Source: Thermoplasmata archaeon
Lineage (GTDB): Archaea > Thermoplasmatota > Thermoplasmata > Halarchaeoplasmatales > Halarchaeoplasmataceae
Assembly (NCBI GenBank): GCA_007129655.1
Contig: SKVC01000023.1
Coordinates: 1 to 39,192, forward strand
Direction: 5' to 3'
Length of the DNA: 39,192 nt
Both the position numbers and the translations under genes were made by a program. Positions 8,527 through 18,200 of this stretch are shown here, in pieces. Position 1 is the first letter of the stretch; every line of letters starts with the position of its first letter. Under the pieces are notes generated by a model. It searched no databases. It was not told the origin of the DNA and was given only the letters and a program-made list of their open reading frames with translations.

Positions 8527-9867
8527 TTAGCTATTTATCAGCTTATCCGCGGCCTCTTTTATAGCTTCGGAGTATGTGGGATGTGGATGGATTGTATCTA
8601 CGACATCACTCACAGTCAGCCCCTTTTCCATGGCTAAGGTCCCTTCCATGATTATGTCCGTTGCTCCAGGACATACTAGATGCATCCCGATAACTTCATC
8701 ACCTTTGCAAACTAGTTTAGCCAATCCGGCTCTCTCACCTGTTGAATAACCGCGCCCTAAAGCCGATATCGGAAAAGAAGCAGTTCGTACATCATCGTAT
8801 TCTTTTTTTGCATCTTCCTCGGAAAATCCCACACTGGCTATCTCAGGATGAGTGAACACACCAGCAGGTATGAGATAGTTGGAGAATCCTCTATTACTTT
8901 TTTTATCTATTGTATCGATAACAATTTTTGCTTGTTTGTATGCTGTGTGTGCCAGCATACCCTTACCCGTAACGTCACCAACTGCATATACTCCTTCAAC
9001 TGGGGTCTTCATGAAATCATCGGTGATCACGCTTCCTTTTTCCGATATAATATCCAAATCGATATCCGGTGGCGAAGGTTTTCTACCGACGGAACACAGT
9101 ATCTTTTCGAACTCAAGCTCTTCTTTCTGACTACCTTCCAAGACCGCTTTGAAAGGCTTCTTACCTTCTACTGAAGATACCTTAGCTCCTGTTATGATCT
9201 TAACACCCTTTCTTTTTAGCATACTCTCTGCTTCTTTACCGAGCGAACTGTCCATGACGGGTAGTAAGCTGTCAAGCAATTCCACTACGGTAACGGAAGT
9301 ACCCATGGATGAATAGAAAAAAGCCATCTCAACACCGATATAACCACCACCGATTATCAACATTGATTCAGGGATACTTTCAAGTTCTATTGCACCTTTG
9401 TTGGTCAATATATTTTTCTCGTCGACCTTTAAAAACGGTAATACAACTGGTTCGGAACCTGTAGCTATTATGATGTGTTCCGCTTCTAGTGTTTCTCCGT
9501 TTACTTCTACTTCCTTGTTGTTATTGAGCTTTGCTTCACCCCGAATAATCTCTACACCACTTTCCTTTAATTCCTTCTCCACACCCTTTCTTGATATCTT
9601 CACCGCTCGTTTCTTATTTTTCATAACTCTAGAAAAGTCGATACTTTCCTGCGCTGCATTGATCCCTTTACGTCCCGCTCCCTTTATCGAATCGGCTAGT
9701 TCTGCAACGGACAACAGTGCCTTAGATGGTATGCAACCTGTATTGGTACACACTCCACCGATTGTATTCTTTTCAACGAGGATCACATCAAATCCTCTTT
9801 TGGCACCTAATGCTGCACTCTTGTATCCACCCGGACCACTACCGATTACTATGATTCGTTCAGTCAT
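8527..9867 (-). CDS. lpd: Dihydrolipoyl (dihydrolipoamide) dehydrogenase-family flavoprotein disulfide reductase
   Basis: N-terminal FAD-binding GxGxxG (IVIGSGPGG). Redox-active disulfide motif GGVCTNTGCIPSKALL. Second Rossmann fold IIGGGYIGVEMA. C-terminal interface motif HPHPTYSEA. Length 446 aa. No E1/E2 or glycine-cleavage genes occur in the window. Confidence 0.8.
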   Translation of the reverse strand: MTERIIVIGSGPGGYKSAALGAKRGFDVILVEKNTIGGVCTNTGCIPSKALLSVAELADSIKGAGRKGINAAQESIDFSRVMKNKKRAVKISRKGVEKELKESGVEIIRGEAKLNNNKEVEVNGETLEAEHIIIATGSEPVVLPFLKVDEKNILTNKGAIELESIPESMLIIGGGYIGVEMAFFYSSMGTSVTVVELLDSLLPVMDSSLGKEAESMLKRKGVKIITGAKVSSVEGKKPFKAVLEGSQKEELEFEKILCSVGRKPSPPDIDLDIISEKGSVITDDFMKTPVEGVYAVGDVTGKGMLAHTAYKQAKIVIDTIDKKSNRGFSNYLIPAGVFTHPEIASVGFSEEDAKKEYDDVRTASFPISALGRGYSTGERAGLAKLVCKGDEVIGMHLVCPGATDIIMEGTLAMEKGLTVSDVVDTIHPHPTYSEAIKEAADKLINS

Positions 9868-9987
9868 CTTATCGGATCACCTATAAAAAACGTAAGTATT
9901 AATCGTTTTGGACGTCTTCGGGGGGAAAATCTATATTACACCTAGTGGTAAGACATCATACGTATTTATTATCAATATAATAGGAAG
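9868..9987. promoter_or_regulatory. Divergent intergenic region between lpd and mvhG with A/T (TATA-like) boxes
   Basis: A ctataaaaaa box at 9881-9890 lies about 15-25 nt upstream of the lpd ATG on the minus strand, with an AGGTGA SD (rc of tcacct) at 9877-9882. A tatttattatcaatataata box lies at 9963-9982 in front of mvhG. No experimental support. Confidence 0.3.
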
Positions 9988-10968
9988 ATGAACACTATGG
10001 CAGATAAACTAAAATTCGCTTTTTACTGGGCCGCAAGCTGCGGTGGCTGCGAGATAGCAGTATTGGATATCAACGAAAAGATACTAGATGTAGTTGAATT
10101 AGCAGATATATTGTTTTGGCCAGTGGCTATAGATGTGAAATATAAAGACGTCGAGGCCATGGAAGACGAGCACATCGATGTATGCTTCTTCAACGGTGCA
10201 GTCCGTACTTCAGAACAGGAACACATCGCTAAATTACTAAGAAAAAAATCCAAGTTCTTGGTTTCCTTTGGTGCATGTGCGGTTAACGGTGGAATCCCGG
10301 GCCTAGCCAATGTTACAGATCGTGAAGAGATTTTTTTAGAAAGTTACACAGACAACTTATCTACAGATAATCCCGGTGGTAAAGTTCCTTGTACTACTTT
10401 TGAGGTTCCGGAAGGAGAGCTTACACTGCCCGATATATACGATACCGTTAACACTCTACATCAGGTGGTAGATGTCGACTATTTCTTACCCGGGTGCCCG
10501 CCTCCTCCAGAATTGATAATAAATGCAGTAGAAGTTATCGCCTCGGGAGATTTACCTCCAAAAGGTGCCGTACTGGCTCCCTTGAAGTCCGTTTGTGATG
10601 AATGCAAATACGAAAAAAGCGAGAAGAGGATCGGCGCCGTAAAAAGAATTTATGAAATTGAAAAGCTAGAGGACAAATGCCTCCTTGAACAGGGAATAAT
10701 CTGCATGGGTCCGGCCACAAGGGGCGGATGCGATGCAAGATGCCTCGATGCAAATATGCCCTGTACAGGATGCGGAGGACCTACACCGAATTCCCTGGAC
10801 CAAGGTGCAAAGATGATATCAGCCCTGGGCTCTATCCTGGGGATCGAAGGAGAAGTAGATATGGATGACGAAGAAGTACAGGCAATTCTAGACCAGGTAA
10901 GGGACATGATAGGCACCTTTTACAAATATACACTACCGGATTCACTTCTAAAAAGGAAGGTGATGTAA
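9988..10968 (+). CDS. mvhG: [NiFe] hydrogenase small subunit, group 3 (MvhG-like)
   Basis: N-terminal WAASCGGCEI (proximal cluster CxxC). SFGACAVNGGIPGL. LPGCPP. C-terminal CMGPATRGGCDARC..MPCTGCGGPT..DQGAKMISAL..GTFYKYTLP. This closely resembles the methanogen MvhG pattern as I recall it. No Tat signal. The AGGAAG SD at 9982-9987 is better spaced for the ATG at 9997 (MADKL..), which is a likely alternative start. Confidence 0.85.
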   Translation: MNTMADKLKFAFYWAASCGGCEIAVLDINEKILDVVELADILFWPVAIDVKYKDVEAMEDEHIDVCFFNGAVRTSEQEHIAKLLRKKSKFLVSFGACAVNGGIPGLANVTDREEIFLESYTDNLSTDNPGGKVPCTTFEVPEGELTLPDIYDTVNTLHQVVDVDYFLPGCPPPPELIINAVEVIASGDLPPKGAVLAPLKSVCDECKYEKSEKRIGAVKRIYEIEKLEDKCLLEQGIICMGPATRGGCDARCLDANMPCTGCGGPTPNSLDQGAKMISALGSILGIEGEVDMDDEEVQAILDQVRDMIGTFYKYTLPDSLLKRKVM

Positions 10969-10969
10969 A

Positions 10970-12427
10970 ATGGAAAAAATTGAGATAGACCCGATCACAA
11001 GATTGGAAGGCCACGGTAAAATAACCATATTCCTAGATGATGATAAGAATGTAAAGAACGCATATCTACAGATACCTGAACTCCGTGGATTCGAAAAATT
11101 TTGTCAGGGCAGAAGGGCGGAAGACATGCCACAGATAACATCTCGTATATGCGGTGTTTGTCCCGTTGCACATCATTTTGCAGCCACAAAGGCCCTAGAT
11201 GATGCCTTCGATGTTGAACCTCCATCGGCGGCAAAGAAGCTGAGAGAGTTGATGTACAGCGGCTATATCATTTACGACCATACACTTCATTTCTACTTCT
11301 TGGGTGGACCTGATTTCGTTGTCGGTCCGGATGCACCACCGGGGGAAAGAAACATCCTAGGTGTGATCAAAAAAGCAGGTATCGACGTGGCTAAAGATGT
11401 GATCAAACACCGGGCATTCGGTCAGAAAATAACTGCTATACTCGGGGGAAAGGCCACCCATCCTGTCTGCGGATTACCCGGAGGGGTATCGAAATCACTC
11501 TCTGAAGATGAAGTTAAAGAAATAGAAGAGATGATCGATTCCTGCCACGTCTTTGCAAAATTCACTTTGAAGCTATTTGACGATATCGTGTTAAAGAATC
11601 AAGATTATGTAGACCTGATACTCAGTGATCCATACCAATTGGATACCTACAATATGGGACTCGTTGACGATAACAACAAGGTCAACTTTTACGACGGACT
11701 TATCAGAGTTACAGATCCCAAGGGTAAAGAATTCCTCAAATTCCCAGTAAAGGACTACAACGAACACGTGGCTGAAAATGTTGAAGAATGGACTTACATG
11801 AAATATCCTTACCTGAGGAAGATCGGTTGGAACGGTTTGACCAGCGGCCAGGAAAGCGGTATCTATCGTGTGGGCCCTCTTGGACGACTTAACGCAGCGG
11901 ACGGGATGGCTACACCGGATGCTCAAAAAGAATACGAACGTATGTACGAAACCCTAGGCGGAAAGCCGGTTAACTCCACACTCGCCTTCCACTGGGCTAG
12001 ATTGATCGAGTTACTCTACGCAACAGAGCGAGCAAAAGAGTTGATTCAGGATCCGGAGATAACTTCCGAACACGTTAGAAATCCAGTCGGAGAACCAGGG
12101 GAGGGAATAGGCGTAGTCGAAGCCGCAAGGGGAACTCTCATACACCATTACAATGTGGATAAGGATGGTCTTATGGAAAAAGCAAATTTGATTGTCGCTA
12201 CCACCAACAACGCAGGTGCCATAACCATGTCGGTAAGGGATGCTGCAATGGGTCTCGTGCATGAAGGTGAGATCGACGAAGGTATGCTAAATAAGGTGGA
12301 GATGGCATTCAGAGCTTACGACCCATGTTTCGCATGCGCTACCCACAGCTTGCCGGGAGAGATGCCGTTGGAAGTAGAGATATTAGACAGTAAAGGTAAA
12401 CTCTTCAAGAGTCTAGAGCGCTTATGA
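10970..12427 (+). CDS. mvhA: [NiFe] hydrogenase large subunit, group 3c-like (MvhA-like)
   Basis: N-terminal ITRLEGHGKITI..ELRGFEKFCQGR..RICGVCPVAHH (L1 Ni-binding CxxC). C-terminal DPCFACATHS (L2 CxxC-x2-H). Length 485 aa. It starts 1 nt after the mvhG stop. Confidence 0.9.
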   Translation: MEKIEIDPITRLEGHGKITIFLDDDKNVKNAYLQIPELRGFEKFCQGRRAEDMPQITSRICGVCPVAHHFAATKALDDAFDVEPPSAAKKLRELMYSGYIIYDHTLHFYFLGGPDFVVGPDAPPGERNILGVIKKAGIDVAKDVIKHRAFGQKITAILGGKATHPVCGLPGGVSKSLSEDEVKEIEEMIDSCHVFAKFTLKLFDDIVLKNQDYVDLILSDPYQLDTYNMGLVDDNNKVNFYDGLIRVTDPKGKEFLKFPVKDYNEHVAENVEEWTYMKYPYLRKIGWNGLTSGQESGIYRVGPLGRLNAADGMATPDAQKEYERMYETLGGKPVNSTLAFHWARLIELLYATERAKELIQDPEITSEHVRNPVGEPGEGIGVVEAARGTLIHHYNVDKDGLMEKANLIVATTNNAGAITMSVRDAAMGLVHEGEIDEGMLNKVEMAFRAYDPCFACATHSLPGEMPLEVEILDSKGKLFKSLERL

Positions 12428-12879
12428 AAACTATTTTGATCGGATTAGGCAATCCATTGCTTACAGATGATGCCGTTGGTATCAGAGTCGCTAAATCACT
12501 GGATTCAGAGAGTTGGACGGATGTAGATATCGAAGAGGCTTCGGTAGGTGGTATGGAATTAGTGGAGATGATGCTGGGGTATGAGCGTGTAATTATCGTA
12601 GATTCTATCATCACCGGAAAAAAAGAAGTCGGCACTATTCGCAGGATAACTCCAGAAGATTTTAAGGAAACCCGTAATGTGAGCAACCTGCATAACGTAG
12701 GGTTTTTACAGGCGTTAAAGATTTGGTCTGAAACAGGAGATGACATCATACCCCAGGATATAGTGATCTACGCTGTAGAGGTGGACGATGTTTACACCTT
12801 CTCTGAAACGATGACTCCGAGAGTGGAGGAAGCACTCCCTAAAGTTATCGAACAGGTTCGTGACGAACTAAACAGTTAG
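12424..12879 (+). CDS. Hydrogenase maturation endopeptidase (HycI/FrhD/HybD family)
   Basis: ILIGLGNPLLTDDAVGIRVA (the GNxxxxDD motif). IIVDSI. HNVGFLQAL. Length 151 aa. There is a 4-nt ATGA overlap with mvhA. Confidence 0.8.
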   Translation: MKTILIGLGNPLLTDDAVGIRVAKSLDSESWTDVDIEEASVGGMELVEMMLGYERVIIVDSIITGKKEVGTIRRITPEDFKETRNVSNLHNVGFLQALKIWSETGDDIIPQDIVIYAVEVDDVYTFSETMTPRVEEALPKVIEQVRDELNS

Positions 12880-12880
12880 T

Positions 12881-14770
12881 TTATTCGCCGTAACCTATCT
12901 TCTTTACAGATTCTTTTATCTCGTCTAATACATCTGGATCTTCGATGGTCGAAGGCATTCTGTATTCCTTACCATCTGCGATATGCCTCATGGTTCCACG
13001 GAGTATTTTCCCGGATCTAGTCTTCGGTAAACGGTCAACAACTACAGCTTTTTTGAAAGAAGCTATTGGGCCGACTTCGTTTCTTACCATGCCTATCACA
13101 TCGGATATGATATCCTCGTGTGAACGTTCAGTACCTGATTTAAGAACCAGGAAGCCGATGGGGACTTCACCTTTAAGTTGATCTTCAACTCCCAGTACAG
13201 CACATTCGGCAACATCCGGATGTTTAGCCACAGCTTCTTCCATACTTCCTGTGGATAACCGATGGCCGGCTACATTTATGATATCATCTACTCTTCCCAT
13301 CACATAGATGTATCCGTCTTCATCTATGTATCCACCGTCTCCTGTAAAGTAAAAGCCTGGATATTGTGTCATGTACTCCTTTTCGAAGGCCTCTTCATCC
13401 TTCCATAAAGTGATAAATGTTCCCGGTGGCAGTGGTAACTTTACAGTTATAACACCATGTTCCCCCGGAGGCATCTCTTCTCCGCTGAAGGGGTCCAGAA
13501 TTCTTACATCCCATCCTGGAACCGCCTTCGTTGCAGAGCCCGGTTTGATAGGATACTGCGTCAATCCTCTGAAATTAGCGGCTATGGCCCACCCAGTTTC
13601 GGTCTGCCACCAATGGTCTATCACAGGTACTTTAAGTAAATCTTTTGCCCAGTGATATGTATCCGGATCCGTTCTTTCACCTGCTAAAAATAGTGTATCA
13701 AACTTGGAAAGGTCGTATTTTTCGAGATATTTACCTTCCGGATCCTCTCTTTTAACTGCACGTATTGCCGTTGGTGCAGTGAACAGCACTTTTACGTTAT
13801 GTTCTTCAATAACTCGCCAAAACTGGCCGGCATCCGGAGTACCCACGGGTTTTCCTTCGTACATGATGGTCGTTGCACCGGTGAGTAATGGCGCGTAAAC
13901 AATGTATGAGTGACCGACAACCCAACCTACATCGGAAGCAGCCCAATAAACGTCACCGGCTTGGATCCCGTATATCTTTTCCATGGTCCATCGTAGAGAA
14001 ACGGCGTGACCTCCGTTGTCACGTACCACTCCCTTGGGTTTACCGGTTGTTCCTGAGGTGTAGAGTATGTACAGAGGGTCGTTTGCATCTAATTCAAAAC
14101 ATTCTGTTTCTTCTGCCTTTGCTTCCAATTCATCCCAATCAAGCTCTCCATCGAATTGAGTTTTACCTTCAGGCCTTTGCTTCATCACTATCGTTTCTGG
14201 CTTATGTTCGGCCAGGTTGATAGCCTTATCAAGCAGTGGCTTGTATTCGATCACCTTCGTTCGCTCTATACCGCATGAAGCCGTAAGAATAACCTTGGGT
14301 TTGGCATCATCGATACGTATTGCCAGTTCTTTAGCTGCAAAACCACCGAACACTACAGAATGAACTGCGCCTATACGGGCACATGCTAGCATACCTATCA
14401 GTGCCTCTGGTATCATAGGCATATATATTATTACAGTATCTCCCTTCTCGACACCGAGACCACGCAGGAAACCTGCTGATTTTGATACTCTATCTTTCAA
14501 CTCTGAGTATGTATACTTCTCTATGGTGTCTGTCACAGGACTATCATAGATAAGTGCATCCTGGTCTCCTCTACCTTCCTCAATATGCCTATCGATGGCG
14601 TTGTAACATGTATTGATTTTACCGCCTTTGAACCAGCGATTGAATGGTTTGTTTGACTCATCTAAAACTGTATCCCATTTATCGTACCATTTTATCTCTT
14701 CAGCTGCTCTGCTCCAGAAACTCTCTGGGTCTTGTATCGATTCTTTAAATGCCTTTTCGTATTCATCCAT
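12881..14770 (-). CDS. prpE: Short-chain acyl-CoA synthetase, propionate--CoA ligase-like (AMP-forming)
   Basis: YTSGTTGKPKGV (AMP-binding P-loop). WVVGHSYIVYAPLL. DHWWQTETGW. DDIINVAGHRLSTG. PKTRSGKILR. The N-terminal region (NTCYNAIDRH..YDSPVT..ACARIGAVHSVVFGGFAAKELAIRIDDAKPKVILTAS) matches the PrpE/ACSS3 pattern better than Acs, from memory. A GAGGTG SD lies 8 nt upstream. Confidence 0.8.
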   Translation of the reverse strand: MDEYEKAFKESIQDPESFWSRAAEEIKWYDKWDTVLDESNKPFNRWFKGGKINTCYNAIDRHIEEGRGDQDALIYDSPVTDTIEKYTYSELKDRVSKSAGFLRGLGVEKGDTVIIYMPMIPEALIGMLACARIGAVHSVVFGGFAAKELAIRIDDAKPKVILTASCGIERTKVIEYKPLLDKAINLAEHKPETIVMKQRPEGKTQFDGELDWDELEAKAEETECFELDANDPLYILYTSGTTGKPKGVVRDNGGHAVSLRWTMEKIYGIQAGDVYWAASDVGWVVGHSYIVYAPLLTGATTIMYEGKPVGTPDAGQFWRVIEEHNVKVLFTAPTAIRAVKREDPEGKYLEKYDLSKFDTLFLAGERTDPDTYHWAKDLLKVPVIDHWWQTETGWAIAANFRGLTQYPIKPGSATKAVPGWDVRILDPFSGEEMPPGEHGVITVKLPLPPGTFITLWKDEEAFEKEYMTQYPGFYFTGDGGYIDEDGYIYVMGRVDDIINVAGHRLSTGSMEEAVAKHPDVAECAVLGVEDQLKGEVPIGFLVLKSGTERSHEDIISDVIGMVRNEVGPIASFKKAVVVDRLPKTRSGKILRGTMRHIADGKEYRMPSTIEDPDVLDEIKESVKKIGYGE

Positions 14771-14813
14771 TTATTATACACCTCTTAAATTTCATTTATA
14801 TTATCGTCGGGAA

Positions 14814-15233
14814 TTAACACTCTTCCTTTAAAGGGTTTGGACCGATTGTTTTTAGAGTACTTACAAATTCCGTGACTACATCTGCAAATTTTTGACCTTC
14901 GGAAGCTGAAATATACTCGAAACGCAACCGGTCGGGATCGATGTTGAAATCCGCAAGTAGTCTCTTTATAAGCATCATCTTTCGGTTTGTTTTGTAATTT
15001 CCTGACTGATAATGACAATCTCCGGGGTGACATCCTGCCACCAGGACGCCATCGATACCTTCCTTAAGGGCATCCAGTACGAATACTGGATCTACCCTTC
15101 CGGAGCACATCACTCTTATCGATCTTATATTATCAGGATATTTTAATCTCGAAGTTCCTGCAAGGTCCGCTCCTGCATAGGAACACCAGTTACACAAAAA
15201 TGCAACTACTGAAGGTTCAAATTCTTTACTCAT
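14814..15233 (-). CDS. mvhD: MvhD / FlpD-type [2Fe-2S] electron-transfer subunit, copy 1
   Basis: [50 protein letters not shown]. There is an 8-nt overlap with the upstream tandem hdrA. Confidence 0.9.
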   Translation of the reverse strand: MSKEFEPSVVAFLCNWCSYAGADLAGTSRLKYPDNIRSIRVMCSGRVDPVFVLDALKEGIDGVLVAGCHPGDCHYQSGNYKTNRKMMLIKRLLADFNIDPDRLRFEYISASEGQKFADVVTEFVSTLKTIGPNPLKEEC

Positions 15234-18200
15234 TTATAACACCTCTCGAACAAGTTCCAAGAGCTTTTATCATTGCCAATATTTGATTATCTTTGAATCC
15301 TTTTTGATCGATGGCTCCCGAGGGACATGCAGCTACACAAGTACCGCAGCCCTGACAAAGTCCTTCGGTTATCTCGGCGTGTGTCACTTCAACTCCGTCG
15401 ATTGTTTCCGTCAGTGATTCTATCGCATTATAGGGGCAGACAGATATGCAAGTCTTACAACCCGAACATCGATCATCATCCACAACTGCTACATTCGCTT
15501 CCGCTTCCATCTTCGGATGGGCTAATACCGTGGATGCCCGGGCAGCTGCTGCTTGAGCCTGATAGATGCATTCGTTGATGAATTTAGGAGAATGACAACT
15601 TCCTGCCAGGAACACTCCTGCAGTTGAGAAATCAACCGGTCGAAGCTTTACATGTGCTTCCAGGAAAAATCCATCTTGATTTAGAGGAACTTTCAACTGC
15701 TGTGCTACTTCAAAGGTGCCCTCCTCCGGATTCATACCGGTAGACAGAACTAAGTGATCTGCGTTTAGCTCGATCTCTTCCTGAAGCATAGGCTCCCAGA
15801 CCTTAGCTGTGATATTTTCATCGATTTTGATCTCAGGTTTCTTTTCCACATCATACTGCATGAAAATTACTCCATTCTCACGTGCCTCTTTGTAGTATCT
15901 TTCAAAGAAACCGTAGGTCATCATGTCCCGGTAGAGGATATAAACTTCCGCACGCGGATTGATATCCTTTATCTTCAAGGCATTCTTCAATGCCCCCATA
16001 CAGCATATGCGGGAACAGTAATTCCTATCTCCCTCTCTGGACTCCACGCATTGAATCATCACAAAGGTTTCCCCCTCTTCGATATCTCCTTCATTTAACT
16101 CTGAAAGCATCTCTTCCAGTTCCAATTGGGTAACGATCCTGGGATCTTTACCGTAACCGTAGGATGTGGGGGTGTGCTCTGAGCTTCCGGTGGTGACTAT
16201 TATGGCACCGGTGATTATTTCTTCATCATCCGAGAGCTTTATATTGTAATTACCCACATGACCGGATATTTCTTTAATTGTCGAGTCAAGTCTTAACTCA
16301 AGGTCCTCATGTTCTGATATGCGCTTTTCCATCTCGGCAAGTATCTTATCAAGATCCACATCTTCGAAGGCGAATTTTATCTTGTTCAGTTTTCCGCCTA
16401 ACTTATCTTCCTTTTCTACCAGTACCGTCTTGTAACCTTGATCCGCAAGAGATAGTGCCGTTGTCATCCCTGCGACGCCACCGCCTACTACTAGTGCTGA
16501 TTGCTCGATATCGATGGTTGTTTTCGGTATCTGTTCTAGCAATCTGGATTTGGCTACGGTCATAGATATCAATTCTTTGGCTTTTTCAGTCGCTCTATCT
16601 TTATCCGTATGCACCCAGGAGCAGTGTTCTCTTATATTAGCCATCTCCAAGAGATGTGGGTTCAATCCTGCTTCTGAAAGACTCTTCTTGAAGAGTGGTT
16701 CATGTGTTCTCGGAGTACACGCAGCAACTATGATTCTGTTCAACCTTTCATCCTTGATGATATCAACTATGCTCTTTTGGGTGTCTTCGGAGCATGTGTA
16801 AAGACTATCGGTTGCGTATTCTACATTATCTAAGGTATCTGCATATTCTACTACCTTACTCACATCTACATAATTACCAATATTGATGCCGCAATTACAT
16901 ACGAATACACCGATCCTCGGCTCTTCTTCGGAAACATCTCTTTCAGGGTACTCCGGGGCCGGTTCCACTAAGGTATCCTTTGAATCTCTCAATAAAGCGG
17001 CAGCTTGTGATGCTGCAGCCGAAGCCTGCATAACCGATTCTGGTATGGCTTGAGGTTCGACTATGCTTCCTGCCATGAATATCCCGGGTTTGACCAATGC
17101 CACAGGATCATTTGTACCTGATAAAGGGAAACCGAATTCGTTGACATCCAGCCCCAGATCGCTGAGCATCTTAGATCTGTCACCCGTCATGCAGAGACCG
17201 ATGGACAGTACCACCATATCAAAGGTATCTTCGTGAAGTTCGCCCTCCACATCTTCGTATCTTATGGTCAAATCTCCGCATTCTTTTTGGTATATCTCAG
17301 ATATCCTCGAACGTTCGTACTTGATTCCGTGTTCTCTTTTTGCCCTCTCTACATACCGGTCGAAATCCTTACCGAAGGTTCTCACATCTATGTAGAATAC
17401 AGTAGCATCTATGTCTTTCTCGTGCTCCTTGGCGATTACTGCTTCTTTGGTTGTGTACATACAGCACATGGAAGAGCAGAATTCTTGGTTTATGTTTCTG
17501 TCCCTCGAACCCACACACTGGACCCAGGCTATTTTTTTGGGATGTTTCTTGTCTCCCGGGCGTAATATTTTGCCTTCGTATGGTCCGGAAGCAGATAGGA
17601 TTCTCTCGAATTCCAGAGATGTGATCACATTCGGAAATTTACCGTATCCGAATTCTTTTTTGATCTTCGGGTCAAATGGCGCAGAACCTGTTGCCAGTAT
17701 GACCGCACCAACATCGAGAGCTATTTCTCTGTCCTCTTGTGAATGGTCTATGGATCCTGCTGTGCATGCCTTTTCACAAAGTCCACATTCGATGCAGCCT
17801 TTGTGATCCGACGTTCCTTCCTTATCTATCACATATGCATTTGGGATCGCCTGCGGATAATACTTGTAGATCGCTTTCCTCATAATGAGTCCTTGTTCGA
17901 AAGTATCGGGGATCTCTATGGGGCACACTTCAGCACAATCTCCGCAAGCCGTGCAAACATCCGGATCTATGTATCTTGCCTTCTGGTCAACTAATACCTT
18001 GAAGTTTCCTGCCTCGCCTTTTATATCTTTAACTTGAGCAAGTGTAAATATATCTATATTCGGATGCCGTGCGCAATCAACCAATTTAGGAGAAAGTATG
18101 CACATGGAACAATCGTTGGTGGGAAAGGTCTTGTCAAGCATCGCCATGACTCCACCTATAGCAGGTGATTTTTCAATTAAGTATACCTTGAATCCCATAT

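Noticed and set aside
8527-9867. The Lpd-like gene as a mercuric reductase or a glutathione/CoA-disulfide reductase
   Set aside because: It has no N-terminal heavy-metal-binding domain and no C-terminal Cys pair, which rules against MerA. CoA-disulfide reductases use a single active-site Cys. The CxxxxC spacing with the IPSK context and the HPHPT-x-SE tail are the Lpd pattern. Substrate specificity remains unproven.
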